Position numbers and translations under genes: made by a program. The notes below the pieces were generated by a model. The model was not told the DNA's origin. It was given only the letters and a program-made list of their open reading frames with translations, and ran no database searches. Positions 37,749 to 46,728 of a stretch of 64,000 nt of DNA are shown here, one piece after another; within the stretch, counting starts at the first letter, position 1; each line of letters begins with the position of its first letter. Origin of the DNA: an uncultured bacterium (GTDB lineage: Bacteria > Krumholzibacteriota > Krumholzibacteriia > Krumholzibacteriales > WJIX01); assembly GCA_964488475.1 (NCBI GenBank), contig CAZAUK010000003.1, forward strand, positions 46,592 through 110,591. The letters are read 5' to 3'.

Positions 37749-39259
37749 TATTTATGCGCGGGCGATTCAGGATATGCATGATAGCGCTTGCGGCAATAAC
37801 CGCTTTGGCCGCCCTCCGGCTGCTGAAAGATTTTACGGGCGGCGCCGGTTACCCCGCTGTTCAGTTCTGCGGGGGGGCCCGTGAGGTCGGGGGGTCATGT
37901 TATCTGGTGGAGACAGGAGAGACCAGGTTTATAGTCGATTGCGGGATCTTTGGTGAAGCGGGGAAAGATATCCTTCCTCCGGAGCCGGAGAAACTGGATT
38001 TCGCGGTTTTGACTCACGCGCACAGTGACCACTGCGGCCTGTTGCCGGAGCTGTTCGCGGCCGGGTTCAATGGTACTGTGTACTGCACCGAACCCACCGC
38101 GAAACTCGCTTCTGTGATGCTTTCCATGGCCCGGAGTTTCAAGAGAGACAGGGTGGCCAGGGATGATTACACTCGGGCCCTGGCCGGATTCCAGGGTGTG
38201 GAATTCAATGAGCCGGTCTCGGTGGATGATGTAAGATTCGAGTTTTCCAGGACGGAACACCTTCTGGGCGCCGCTTTCGTCGAAATATTCATTCGGCGGG
38301 AGGGTGGTGATAACCTGAAACTGGTCTTTTCGGGGGATCTGGGTGACGGCAATTCGGTTCTTCTTCGTTCCCTATCTGAATGCGGGCACGCTGACTTCGT
38401 TGTGATGGAGTCGACTTATGGAGGAACCGGGAGGGGAACCCCCCATGAGGATCCGGTCCGCCGCCACGCTCCTTTCGCCCGAGCGGTCGCCCAAGCGCTT
38501 CGAAGAGGGGGAGACGTACTTATACCGGCGTTCACCCTGGGAAGGACCCAGGAGGTGATAGCGGTTATCGATTATTATCAGGAAAAGGGCGTGATCCCAG
38601 AAGGCGCTCTGGTATACACTGACAGCCCCACCGCTGAAAAGATAACCTCGATATACCGGGAGTTTGAGGAAGAGCTTTCCAGCCGGGCTCGCAACTTTTA
38701 CAGGGGAACGGTCCTAAAAAGATCAACCCTCAGGGAAGTCAAGAGCAGGTCTTCCTTGAAAGTACACGATAGAAAGCACAGGCCTTCCATATTTATTTCA
38801 TCAAGCGGCGATCTTAATCACGCTAATTCGCCGAGACACCTTATGAAGATGTTTGGCAACGAGTTAAATCTTCTCTGCATCGTTGGTTGGCAGGCTCCCG
38901 GGTCAGTCGGCAGAAGGCTTTCTGAAGGCGCCGAAGCCGTCCGAGTGAGGTACAGAAGGGGAAGAAAAATGATCAACGAATGGATATCCCCATCCATCGA
39001 GGTCAGGACATTCGATTCCTTCTCGGGGCACGCGGACAGCGTGACACTGCTTGAATGGGTAAGCGGAATAGAGGGAACCCGGAGTATCTTCCTGGTACAC
39101 GGAGAAATCGATCAGGCGGAGGCGCTGAAAAAATCGATAAGGGAGAACCTGGGAATCGAAACCCGAATACCGCAGAGGGGCGAAAGAATCGTTCTGAATA
39201 TGAGCCGTATGAAAAATGAAGCGTTCCCGCGGATTAAAGCAGGAGAGCCGATTCGATGA
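37745..39259 (+). CDS. Beta-CASP-family metallo-beta-lactamase-fold nuclease with an N-terminal signal anchor
   Basis: HAHSDHCG (HxHxDH) and D/H motifs with a beta-CASP-like C-terminal region (RNase J / CPSF-like fold). The N-terminus MRGRFRICMIALAAITALAALRLL is a hydrophobic anchor. The GTG start overlaps the TGA stop of the binding-protein gene. Confidence 0.7.
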   Translation: MIFMRGRFRICMIALAAITALAALRLLKDFTGGAGYPAVQFCGGAREVGGSCYLVETGETRFIVDCGIFGEAGKDILPPEPEKLDFAVLTHAHSDHCGLLPELFAAGFNGTVYCTEPTAKLASVMLSMARSFKRDRVARDDYTRALAGFQGVEFNEPVSVDDVRFEFSRTEHLLGAAFVEIFIRREGGDNLKLVFSGDLGDGNSVLLRSLSECGHADFVVMESTYGGTGRGTPHEDPVRRHAPFARAVAQALRRGGDVLIPAFTLGRTQEVIAVIDYYQEKGVIPEGALVYTDSPTAEKITSIYREFEEELSSRARNFYRGTVLKRSTLREVKSRSSLKVHDRKHRPSIFISSSGDLNHANSPRHLMKMFGNELNLLCIVGWQAPGSVGRRLSEGAEAVRVRYRRGRKMINEWISPSIEVRTFDSFSGHADSVTLLEWVSGIEGTRSIFLVHGEIDQAEALKKSIRENLGIETRIPQRGERIVLNMSRMKNEAFPRIKAGEPIR

Positions 39260-40245
39260 GAAGATATCTGGCAATAAGATTGGCGAGAGCCGTCCCGATG
39301 GTGATTCTGATATCAGTTTTGACCTTTTTCCTGCTGCATCTGGCCCCGGGCGGGCCGGTGGGAGTTTTTTCAAGGAGTCCTCGAATGACTCAGCAGGATG
39401 TTTTCAGAATAAAGGAGAAATACGGCTTGGACCAGCCCCTTCCCGCTCAGTACCTGAAATGGTTCAAAACGACTTTTATCAAGCTTGATTTTGGACGCAG
39501 TTATATAACCGGCCGGCCGGTCTCGGAGATGATACTGGAACGATTACCGGCCACGCTCGAGCTTATGGGTACGGCCTTTCTTATAGCTATACTGCTGAGT
39601 CTTTTGATAGGTGTGCTGTCCGCTCTCAACAGGGGCGGTTTCTTCGATCAGCTATTTTCCATAGTATCGGTGGCGGGGATGTCTGTTCCGGTTTTCTGGT
39701 TTGGATTGATGGCCATACTGGTTTTCTCGGTAAAACTGGGAATCGCTCCCGGCGGTGGCAGAGAGACGTTGTCGGAGACCTCATCCCTGGCCGGCCGGCT
39801 GGGCCATCTGGTCCTGCCCTCCTGTGTATTGGCGGTGGCCTATCTGTCCACCTGGAGCCAGTACATCAGATCGGGCCTTATTGAGGCGGTGGACCAGGAT
39901 TTTATCAGGACGGCAAGGGCAAAGGGGCTCGCCGAGAAGTCGGTCATACTCAAACACGCGCTCAGAAGCGCGATCCTTCCTTTCGTGGCGGCTGTTTCCA
40001 TGCAGGTTTCAACCCTCTTTACAGGCGCGGTCATTACCGAGACCGTATTCTCATGGCCGGGAATGGGAACCATGTTTTACCAGGGAATACTCAGGCAGGA
40101 CTATACCAGGATCCTGGGAATAGTCGTGGTCGCCTCTCTCTGTATCATCCTTTTCAACGCCATAGGGGATATAGCCTGTTATATACTCGATCCCAGAGGC
40201 CGGGAAAGTCTGGAAAAAGGTTTCAGGGAAAGGGAACCGGTCTGA
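39256..40245 (+). CDS. ABC transporter permease, DppB/OppB-like
   Basis: Six transmembrane helices and the EAA loop (VDQDFIRTARAKGLAEKSVILKHALRSAILP). Confidence 0.85.
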   Translation: MRRYLAIRLARAVPMVILISVLTFFLLHLAPGGPVGVFSRSPRMTQQDVFRIKEKYGLDQPLPAQYLKWFKTTFIKLDFGRSYITGRPVSEMILERLPATLELMGTAFLIAILLSLLIGVLSALNRGGFFDQLFSIVSVAGMSVPVFWFGLMAILVFSVKLGIAPGGGRETLSETSSLAGRLGHLVLPSCVLAVAYLSTWSQYIRSGLIEAVDQDFIRTARAKGLAEKSVILKHALRSAILPFVAAVSMQVSTLFTGAVITETVFSWPGMGTMFYQGILRQDYTRILGIVVVASLCIILFNAIGDIACYILDPRGRESLEKGFREREPV

Positions 40246-41165
40246 TGATTACAGATACCGGACGCATAAAATACAAAAAGAATGGTATGGACTGGCGGAT
40301 CGATCCGGCCAGGGTTCCGGTCAAGGGCCCCAGGAGCGGGTTCTTGAGCCGGTTCATGTCAGACCGGGTGGCATTGATAGCTATAGCCTACATTGTTCTT
40401 ATCACGGTCGTCTCTTCTTTCGCGCCGGTCTTTACTCCCTACGGAAGGGATGAGATAGATTTAGAGAATATAGCCGCCCCCAGTTCCGCCACGCACGTTC
40501 TGGGGACCGACTACTTGGGAAGGGATCTGTTCACCCGCCTGATTTACGGCGCGAGGTATTCTCTATTTGTTGCCGTGGTCGCCGTGGCGGTAGCGACAGT
40601 GATCGGAGTGCTGCTGGGAACGGCGGCGGGCTATTTTGCGGGATGGGTCGACCGTGTGGTCACCGCCCTGGTTGATCTTCACCTTTCAATTCCACTTTTT
40701 CTCGTTCTCCTGGTCGCCTGTTCGGTTCTGGAAGGGGGTGTCCGGATTATTCCGCTGGTAATAGGAATGGTGTCGTGGATGGAAACCGCCAGGGTGTCCA
40801 GGGCCAGGATCCAGTCGATAAGGGAAGCCGTTTTCGTGCAGGCTTCTTTTACCATGGGGGAGAACAGCTTTCAGGTGGTCCTCAAGCATATCCTTCCATA
40901 CGCGGCGGCTCCCATCGCCGTTTCGGCGGCCATCGGTTTCGCCAACGCTATGCTGATAGAAAGCGCCCTGAGTTTTCTGGGGTACGGGGTGCCCCCACCC
41001 ATTCCCACCTGGGGAAATATGCTTGATAACGCCAGAACCGTCATGAGATCTTCCCCTATGGCGGCTTTTGCACCCGGATTCCTGATATTCATTACCTGCC
41101 TCTGTTTTAATCTTGTGGGAAGAAGTCTGAAAAACTCCCTTTCCTATACTCACCACAAAACTTAA
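40245..41165 (+). CDS. ABC transporter permease, DppC/OppC-like
   Basis: The ATG at 40245 overlaps the upstream TGA (ATGA). The protein begins MITDTGRIKYKK...; the longer ORF from 40053 overlaps the previous gene. A BPD_transp_1 EAA-like loop is present. Confidence 0.8.
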   Translation: MITDTGRIKYKKNGMDWRIDPARVPVKGPRSGFLSRFMSDRVALIAIAYIVLITVVSSFAPVFTPYGRDEIDLENIAAPSSATHVLGTDYLGRDLFTRLIYGARYSLFVAVVAVAVATVIGVLLGTAAGYFAGWVDRVVTALVDLHLSIPLFLVLLVACSVLEGGVRIIPLVIGMVSWMETARVSRARIQSIREAVFVQASFTMGENSFQVVLKHILPYAAAPIAVSAAIGFANAMLIESALSFLGYGVPPPIPTWGNMLDNARTVMRSSPMAAFAPGFLIFITCLCFNLVGRSLKNSLSYTHHKT

Positions 41166-41230
41166 ATTGATTACTGGAACCAAGGCTGTTTTTAGAAGGC
41201 ATTTTCAGACAGGCAGGTGACGGGCTGGCT

Positions 41231-42265
41231 ATGAGTAAGATAAAAGCGGTGGGATTCGTTTCGGGAGGCCTGGACAGTATCGTGTCCGTGGAGCTTATGA
41301 AAAGGCAGGATATCGATATCGTCGCCTATCATATTATAAACGGTTTCGGGCAGAGCACTCTTCGGATGAGAGCGGATGTTGATATTGACGAAAGCGGATG
41401 GTTAGCTGAAGAGCAAAAGAGGTTGAAGGAGATTCTGGGAGTGGAGGTCCATATCATAGACATGTCCGAGGAGTTTATAGAGATCGTCAAATCCCCCCGG
41501 TACGGGTATGGCAGGAACATGAACCCATGTATAGACTGCAAGATAGCTTTTTTCAGGAAGGGTTACGAGTTGATCAGAAGAGAGCAAGCAGACTTTGTAT
41601 TCACCGGGGAGGTCCTGGGTCAGAGGCCAATGTCGCAGAACAGGAGGATGATGGATCTCATAGAGAAGAAAAGCCTTCTGGGCGGCCTGATTCTAAGGCC
41701 GCTGAGCGCCAAGCTTTTGCCGGAGACTATTCCGGAGCGGAAGGGATGGGTGGACAGGAACAAGCTAATGGATATTCAGGGAAGATCCAGAAAGAGACAG
41801 ATAGCCCTGGCCGCTGAGTTTGGGGTCAAAGAATATCCAAACCCGGCGGGTGGCTGTATCCTTACCGACGAAAATTACAGCGCCAGGCTGAAGGATCTTC
41901 TGGAGGTTGAAGGGGGAAGCGGGTTTTCGATTAAGGAAGCGGTACTCCTTTCCGTGGGAAGGCATTTCAGGTTTTCTTCCTCACTTAAGATAGTGGTGGG
42001 CAGGAACGAGTCCGAAAACGACTATCTCGAGGAAGTATGGAAGGATAGCTGGCTGGTCAGAATGAAGGAGTTCGCCGGCCCTACCGTTCTGCTGCGAGGA
42101 GTTGCGGAGAGGGACGATCTGGAGAGGGCGGGCGCTATTGCGGCCAGATACAGCAAGGCGAGGGACCTTGAAAAGGTCGATGTCATTGCCGGTCGGCCGG
42201 ATTCCAATATCGAGATGACCGTAAATCCCGCCCTGGGGAAAAACCTCGAGGACAAACTGGTTTAG
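41231..42265 (+). CDS. PP-loop superfamily ATP pyrophosphatase, ThiI/TtcA-like tRNA-thiolation-type enzyme; exact function unassigned
   Basis: SGGLDS PP-loop motif near the N-terminus and a CxxC pair (NPCIDCK). 344 aa. Confidence 0.55.
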   Translation: MSKIKAVGFVSGGLDSIVSVELMKRQDIDIVAYHIINGFGQSTLRMRADVDIDESGWLAEEQKRLKEILGVEVHIIDMSEEFIEIVKSPRYGYGRNMNPCIDCKIAFFRKGYELIRREQADFVFTGEVLGQRPMSQNRRMMDLIEKKSLLGGLILRPLSAKLLPETIPERKGWVDRNKLMDIQGRSRKRQIALAAEFGVKEYPNPAGGCILTDENYSARLKDLLEVEGGSGFSIKEAVLLSVGRHFRFSSSLKIVVGRNESENDYLEEVWKDSWLVRMKEFAGPTVLLRGVAERDDLERAGAIAARYSKARDLEKVDVIAGRPDSNIEMTVNPALGKNLEDKLV

Positions 42266-42789
42266 GGCAGGATGCTCCTCTTCTCTATCGATCTGGCTAT
42301 CAATTCCCTGTGGCTTTCAAAAGCCAGTTCGGGAAGCTCGGACAGGTGGAAGAAGTCAGCTTCCCTGGCGTCGTCCCGGGCCTCGGGCTCACCCTTATAT
42401 TCCATGAAATTGTAGCCTATGATCAGCAGGGAGGTATTGTAGAAATCACTCTCCTGGTAGATTATGTCCACCAGCTCGGATCGAGAGACCACCAGGCCGG
42501 TTTCTTCCAGCAGCTCCCTGCGTGCGGCCTGTTCCGGACTTTCCCCGGTCTCCACGAAACCTCCCGGCAGTCCCCACTTGTTTTCGCCAGGTTGTCTTCC
42601 CCTGAGGACCAGTAGTATTCTGTCTTCCCCGTCGAAAATAAGGCCGGTGGCAGCGGGGATGGGATTCTGGTAAACGAATATTTCCTCAGACGGGCAGTAG
42701 AGCCTGCTGCGCCCTTCGCTTCGCTTCAGGACAAGCTTTTTCCCGCAGAAAGGGCAGTATTTTCTGTTATCTTCCAACTTTTCCACCAA
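42262..42789 (-). CDS. NUDIX hydrolase with an N-terminal zinc ribbon (NudC-like)
   Basis: CPFCGKKL...C zinc ribbon followed by the Nudix box GLPGGFVETGESPEQAARRELLEETGL. Confidence 0.85.
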   Translation of the reverse strand: MVEKLEDNRKYCPFCGKKLVLKRSEGRSRLYCPSEEIFVYQNPIPAATGLIFDGEDRILLVLRGRQPGENKWGLPGGFVETGESPEQAARRELLEETGLVVSRSELVDIIYQESDFYNTSLLIIGYNFMEYKGEPEARDDAREADFFHLSELPELAFESHRELIARSIEKRSILP

Positions 42790-42930
42790 GCCTTTCTATT
42801 TTTCAAAGATAATCCAACCGGTCACCGGCAGGCAAGCTCTTTAAACAAAATCCGCTCAAAGCTTGATTTTGCCTGACAATCATGTATAAGTTAATATCAT
42901 AACCACCTTATGGTGAAAGGAGTTCAAGAG

Positions 42931-44589
42931 ATGAACGCTCTTGCCGTCGCTCTGATCACTCTGGCCGGATATATTATAGCCTATCGATTTTACGCCCGGT
43001 ATTTCAGCGGAAGAGTACTCTCTCTTCAGCCTGAGAGGAAGACTCCAGCCCATGAGTTCGAGGACGGGGTTGATTTCGTTCCGACCCGGCCGATTATTCT
43101 GTTCGGCCATCATTTCGCTTCAATAGCAGGATTGGGCCCGATTCTGGGGCCGGCGATAGCGGTGATATGGGGATGGCTTCCCGCAGTGATCTGGATCTTC
43201 TTCGGATCTATATTCATAGGTGCGATCCATGATCTGTCGGCCCTGTTCATCTCGATGCGGAACAGGGGGCGGTCCATAGGGGATGTCACCAGGGGTTTGG
43301 TGGGACGCAGGGCTCATATACTTTTTCTGGTTCTCATATTTTTCACATTGTCTCTTTGCATGGGGACTTTCGTCAGAGTAATAGCGAGCCTCTTTTCCGA
43401 TAACATGCATCCTGAATCGGTGATTCCGGTGGCGGCTCTCATTATACTGGCGGTCATGGTCGGGTTCCTGGTTTACAGGAGAGGATATAGCCTCGCCGCG
43501 CTCACCGTAGTCGCGCTGATCCTGATGTTCCTTTCGATATGGTTTGGCCTGAGCAATCCCGTGTCGCAAATCAGTTCTAACTGGTGGGTATACCTGCTTA
43601 TGGGCTACGCTTTCATAGCTTCCGTCCTGCCGGTATGGCTTCTACTTCAACCCCGGGATTACCTTAACGCCTACCAGCTGGTAATAGGGATGGTGCTTAT
43701 GTACGCGGGCCTTCTGGTATTCAGGCCTGAGATTTCCGCTCCGGCGGTAAACAGTTCGGCCCAGGGGCTGCCCCCACTCTTTCCATTCCTCTTCATCACG
43801 GTCGCCTGCGGCGCGATTTCGGGCTTTCACAGCCTGGTGGCTACCGGAACGACCTCGAAACAGATAGACAGGGAGAATCACGCAACGCCGATCGGATACG
43901 GTGGCATGCTGGCAGAAGGCCTGCTGGCCATGGTGGTAGTCCTGGCCTGCACTTCCGGTATCAGCAGAGGGGAATGGTTTTCACACTATTCTTCATGGCA
44001 GGAGGCTTCCGGATTAGCGGACAAGATGGAGGCTTTTGTCTCAGGGGCGGGAATGTTCGTTTCCAAGACAGGTGTTCCCATAAAGATAGCCGGAAGCTTC
44101 ATCGTGGTGATGGCGGTCGGGTTCGCGATGACCACCCTGGATTCGGGAACCAGGCTTCTGAGGTACAACCTTCAGGAACTGGGGGAAGGCTTGAATATCC
44201 GGCTCCTCAGGAACAGGTTCGTATCGTCTCTCGCGGCGATAATCGGAATAGGTTACTTCAGCCTTATGACAGTGGACGGCAAACCGGTGGGCCTGGCGCT
44301 GTGGGAATTGTTCGGAACCACAAACCAGGTTCTGGCTTCTCTGGGCCTACTGACAGTTTCACTGTATCTCTACAGGAAAGGAAAACCGATTTTCTACACC
44401 GTTATTCCTATGATTGCCATGCTGATAATGACGGGTACCGCGATGATAACCCGCCTGGTCAATAATTTCTCAGCCGGCCACTGGGCGCTTTTCGTTGTGG
44501 GGGGGATAATTATCGTTCTGGTATTCTGGCTGCTGGTGGAATCGGTGATAGCTTTCAGGAAGCACACGATGACAGATGGCAAATCCTGA
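42931..44589 (+). CDS. cstA: Carbon starvation protein CstA (peptide/pyruvate transporter family)
   Basis: A roughly 550 aa polytopic membrane protein with the CstA-like N-terminus (ALAVALITLAGYIIAYRFYARYF). AAAGGAG lies 9 nt upstream of the ATG at 42931. Confidence 0.85.
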   Translation: MNALAVALITLAGYIIAYRFYARYFSGRVLSLQPERKTPAHEFEDGVDFVPTRPIILFGHHFASIAGLGPILGPAIAVIWGWLPAVIWIFFGSIFIGAIHDLSALFISMRNRGRSIGDVTRGLVGRRAHILFLVLIFFTLSLCMGTFVRVIASLFSDNMHPESVIPVAALIILAVMVGFLVYRRGYSLAALTVVALILMFLSIWFGLSNPVSQISSNWWVYLLMGYAFIASVLPVWLLLQPRDYLNAYQLVIGMVLMYAGLLVFRPEISAPAVNSSAQGLPPLFPFLFITVACGAISGFHSLVATGTTSKQIDRENHATPIGYGGMLAEGLLAMVVVLACTSGISRGEWFSHYSSWQEASGLADKMEAFVSGAGMFVSKTGVPIKIAGSFIVVMAVGFAMTTLDSGTRLLRYNLQELGEGLNIRLLRNRFVSSLAAIIGIGYFSLMTVDGKPVGLALWELFGTTNQVLASLGLLTVSLYLYRKGKPIFYTVIPMIAMLIMTGTAMITRLVNNFSAGHWALFVVGGIIIVLVFWLLVESVIAFRKHTMTDGKS

Positions 44590-45532
44590 CAAGAGAGGAT
44601 CCTTGAAGAATTCTTCCAGTTTCGACGCCGTCGCCGTTGGCTACTCCGCTATCGATTTTCTGGGCGTTGTGCCTCATTATCCGGTTGAGAATCTCAAACT
44701 GGAGCTGGAGGAGTTCGAGATTCAGGGAGGAGGGCCGGCTGCCACCGCTATGGCGACAGTTTCCAGGCTGGGACTCAGAGCCGCATACATGGGTGTGATG
44801 GGGGACGATATATTCGGGGTAAGGGCTCTGAGAGAGCTGACCAGCGAAAATGTCGATACTTCATCGGTGGTCATAAAAAAGGGCGGAAAATCTCAATTCG
44901 CCTTCATAATGGTGAACAAAAAGACCGGGAAGAGGACTATCCTGTGGTCGCGAGGCGATCTTCCCAATATGAAGGGAGAGTGGATAAACCCTAAGATGAT
45001 AAGTTCCTCCAAAGCGCTTTTGATCGACACTCTGGAGCCTGTGGCCGCTCTGCGAGCCGCCCGAATCGCCCGCGAATCCGGCGTGCCGGTTTTAATAGAC
45101 GCGGGTACTTTGAGAGACGGGGTGGAAGAACTCCTGCCCCTCTGCGATTACATAGTGGCAAGCGAAGTCTTCGCTTCGCAGATATCGGATTCTGAAAGTG
45201 CTGACAGGGCTCTCGATATACTTTTCTCTTACGGGCCCAGGGAGGCGGTCGTAACTCTGGGGGAAAGAGGGTGCGCGGCGGTGGACCGGGACGGCAGCCT
45301 CCGGTTCGAAGGATTCGAGGTTGAGTCAGTTGACACGACCGGTGCCGGGGATGTATTTCACGGAGCTTATCTCTACGCGGTCCTGCAGGGTTGGGATATC
45401 ACCAGAAAGTGTGTTTTTTCAAACGCTGTCGCCGCTCTGAAATGCGGAAAGCTGGGGGGGAGGGCAGGGATTCCAAATATAGGCGAAGTCCATAAATTTC
45501 TTAGGCGAAGGCGGCGGGAACTGCACTTCTGA
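44576..45532 (+). CDS. PfkB-family carbohydrate kinase (ribokinase-like)
   Basis: N-terminal GG dipeptide region and the C-terminal DTTGAGDVFHGAY anion hole. The start overlaps the end of cstA. Confidence 0.85.
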   Translation: MANPDKRGSLKNSSSFDAVAVGYSAIDFLGVVPHYPVENLKLELEEFEIQGGGPAATAMATVSRLGLRAAYMGVMGDDIFGVRALRELTSENVDTSSVVIKKGGKSQFAFIMVNKKTGKRTILWSRGDLPNMKGEWINPKMISSSKALLIDTLEPVAALRAARIARESGVPVLIDAGTLRDGVEELLPLCDYIVASEVFASQISDSESADRALDILFSYGPREAVVTLGERGCAAVDRDGSLRFEGFEVESVDTTGAGDVFHGAYLYAVLQGWDITRKCVFSNAVAALKCGKLGGRAGIPNIGEVHKFLRRRRRELHF

Positions 45533-45891
45533 GTCTTCCCGCGAGCGTGGATTTGAAGGCCGGAATGAGGAGCCGGCGAAACGAAGCATGCCATCATAAT
45601 GAGCGCCGTTCAAAATCTTTATCAACCGGATCGAGGAACAGCCACCCCGGAGTTTCAATCAGGCCGGGAATACCGCTGATTACCGCTGAATTCATTATAC
45701 CTGCCTGCCTTTGGAAGGAAAAGGGCAGCAGCCCGGCTCGTCCCTTTCAAAAAAAGCGCCCGCCTGGGCGGGCCGAAAGCCCGGATTATCTTCAAATTCT
45801 TTTGACATGTTACACGGTTTTTAATTAATCTCCAATAAAGGATTCCATCGGCAGGTGAACCGTTTCCATATAACAGAGAGGAACAGGTGTC

Positions 45892-46728
45892 ATGAAGAAT
45901 TCTGTCGTGGCGGTTCTTACGGATTTTGGATGGAGCACCTGGTACACGGGGGTCATGAAAGCCGTGATTCTGGACATAAATCCGTCCGCCAGGATAATCG
46001 ACCTCTGCCATGATATATCCAAGCAGGATATAAGGGAAGCCTGTTTTGTCATAGGTACGAGTTTCGGCTACTTTCCAAAAGGTACCACTTTTGTGTGTGT
46101 AATAGATCCGGGAGTTGGGGGAAAAAGAAAGAATATTATAGTAAAGACGGAAGATTATTTTTTCGTGGCGCCGGATAACGGTGTGTTGAGCAGTATTTAT
46201 GAAAAATCCCGGGTGGAGGGTGTCTTTGAGGTATTTCCCGGCGAGTATACAGGGAATCTTAAAGGGTCGACATTTCTGGGAAGAGATCTTTTCTCTCCGA
46301 TAGGAGCTCATTTGAGTTTGGGCGTTTCACCTTCCGAAATGGGTGAGCCGGTTGAGTCGATCATGACCATTTCCCCGGACAGGCCTTTTATCGACAGGGC
46401 CGGCCGAATAGTGGGGCGAGCCGCTTATGTGGATTCCTACGGTAACATAATCACCAATATAAGCAATGACTACCTGATGAAGGTTTTCCGGGGCGCGGTT
46501 CCCTGGAAAGACATCAAGATAACTATCTCGGGGAGGGAGCTGGGGAAAATACGGAGGTATTACGCGGAGGGGAAAAGGGGTGAACTCATGGCTCTGGTGA
46601 ACAGCTGGGGACATCTGGAGGTTGCGGTTAACTGCGGCAGCGCATTCGTTTACCTCGGGTACAGCGACAAGGAATCGATAGTTGTTAATCTATCATCGAG
46701 CGGCTTGGCCGGGGGAAAGTCAGGGTAA
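45892..46728 (+). CDS. SAM hydroxide adenosyltransferase family protein (DUF62; fluorinase/chlorinase-like fold)
   Basis: The conserved N-terminus VAVLTDFGWSTWYTGVMKAVIL...DPGVGGKR matches the DUF62/SalL-like family. 278 aa. Confidence 0.7.
   Translation: MKNSVVAVLTDFGWSTWYTGVMKAVILDINPSARIIDLCHDISKQDIREACFVIGTSFGYFPKGTTFVCVIDPGVGGKRKNIIVKTEDYFFVAPDNGVLSSIYEKSRVEGVFEVFPGEYTGNLKGSTFLGRDLFSPIGAHLSLGVSPSEMGEPVESIMTISPDRPFIDRAGRIVGRAAYVDSYGNIITNISNDYLMKVFRGAVPWKDIKITISGRELGKIRRYYAEGKRGELMALVNSWGHLEVAVNCGSAFVYLGYSDKESIVVNLSSSGLAGGKSG

Noticed and set aside
40053-40244. Long N-terminal extension of the second DppC-like ORF
   Set aside because: The extension overlaps the DppB-like gene in another frame. 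The ATG at 40245 overlapping the upstream TGA gives a normal DppC N-terminus.
45655-46311. 218 aa ORF on the minus strand
   Set aside because: It is entirely antisense to the DUF62 (SAM hydroxide adenosyltransferase) gene, whose family motifs are clear. It has no recognisable domain and looks like a frame-shadow ORF.
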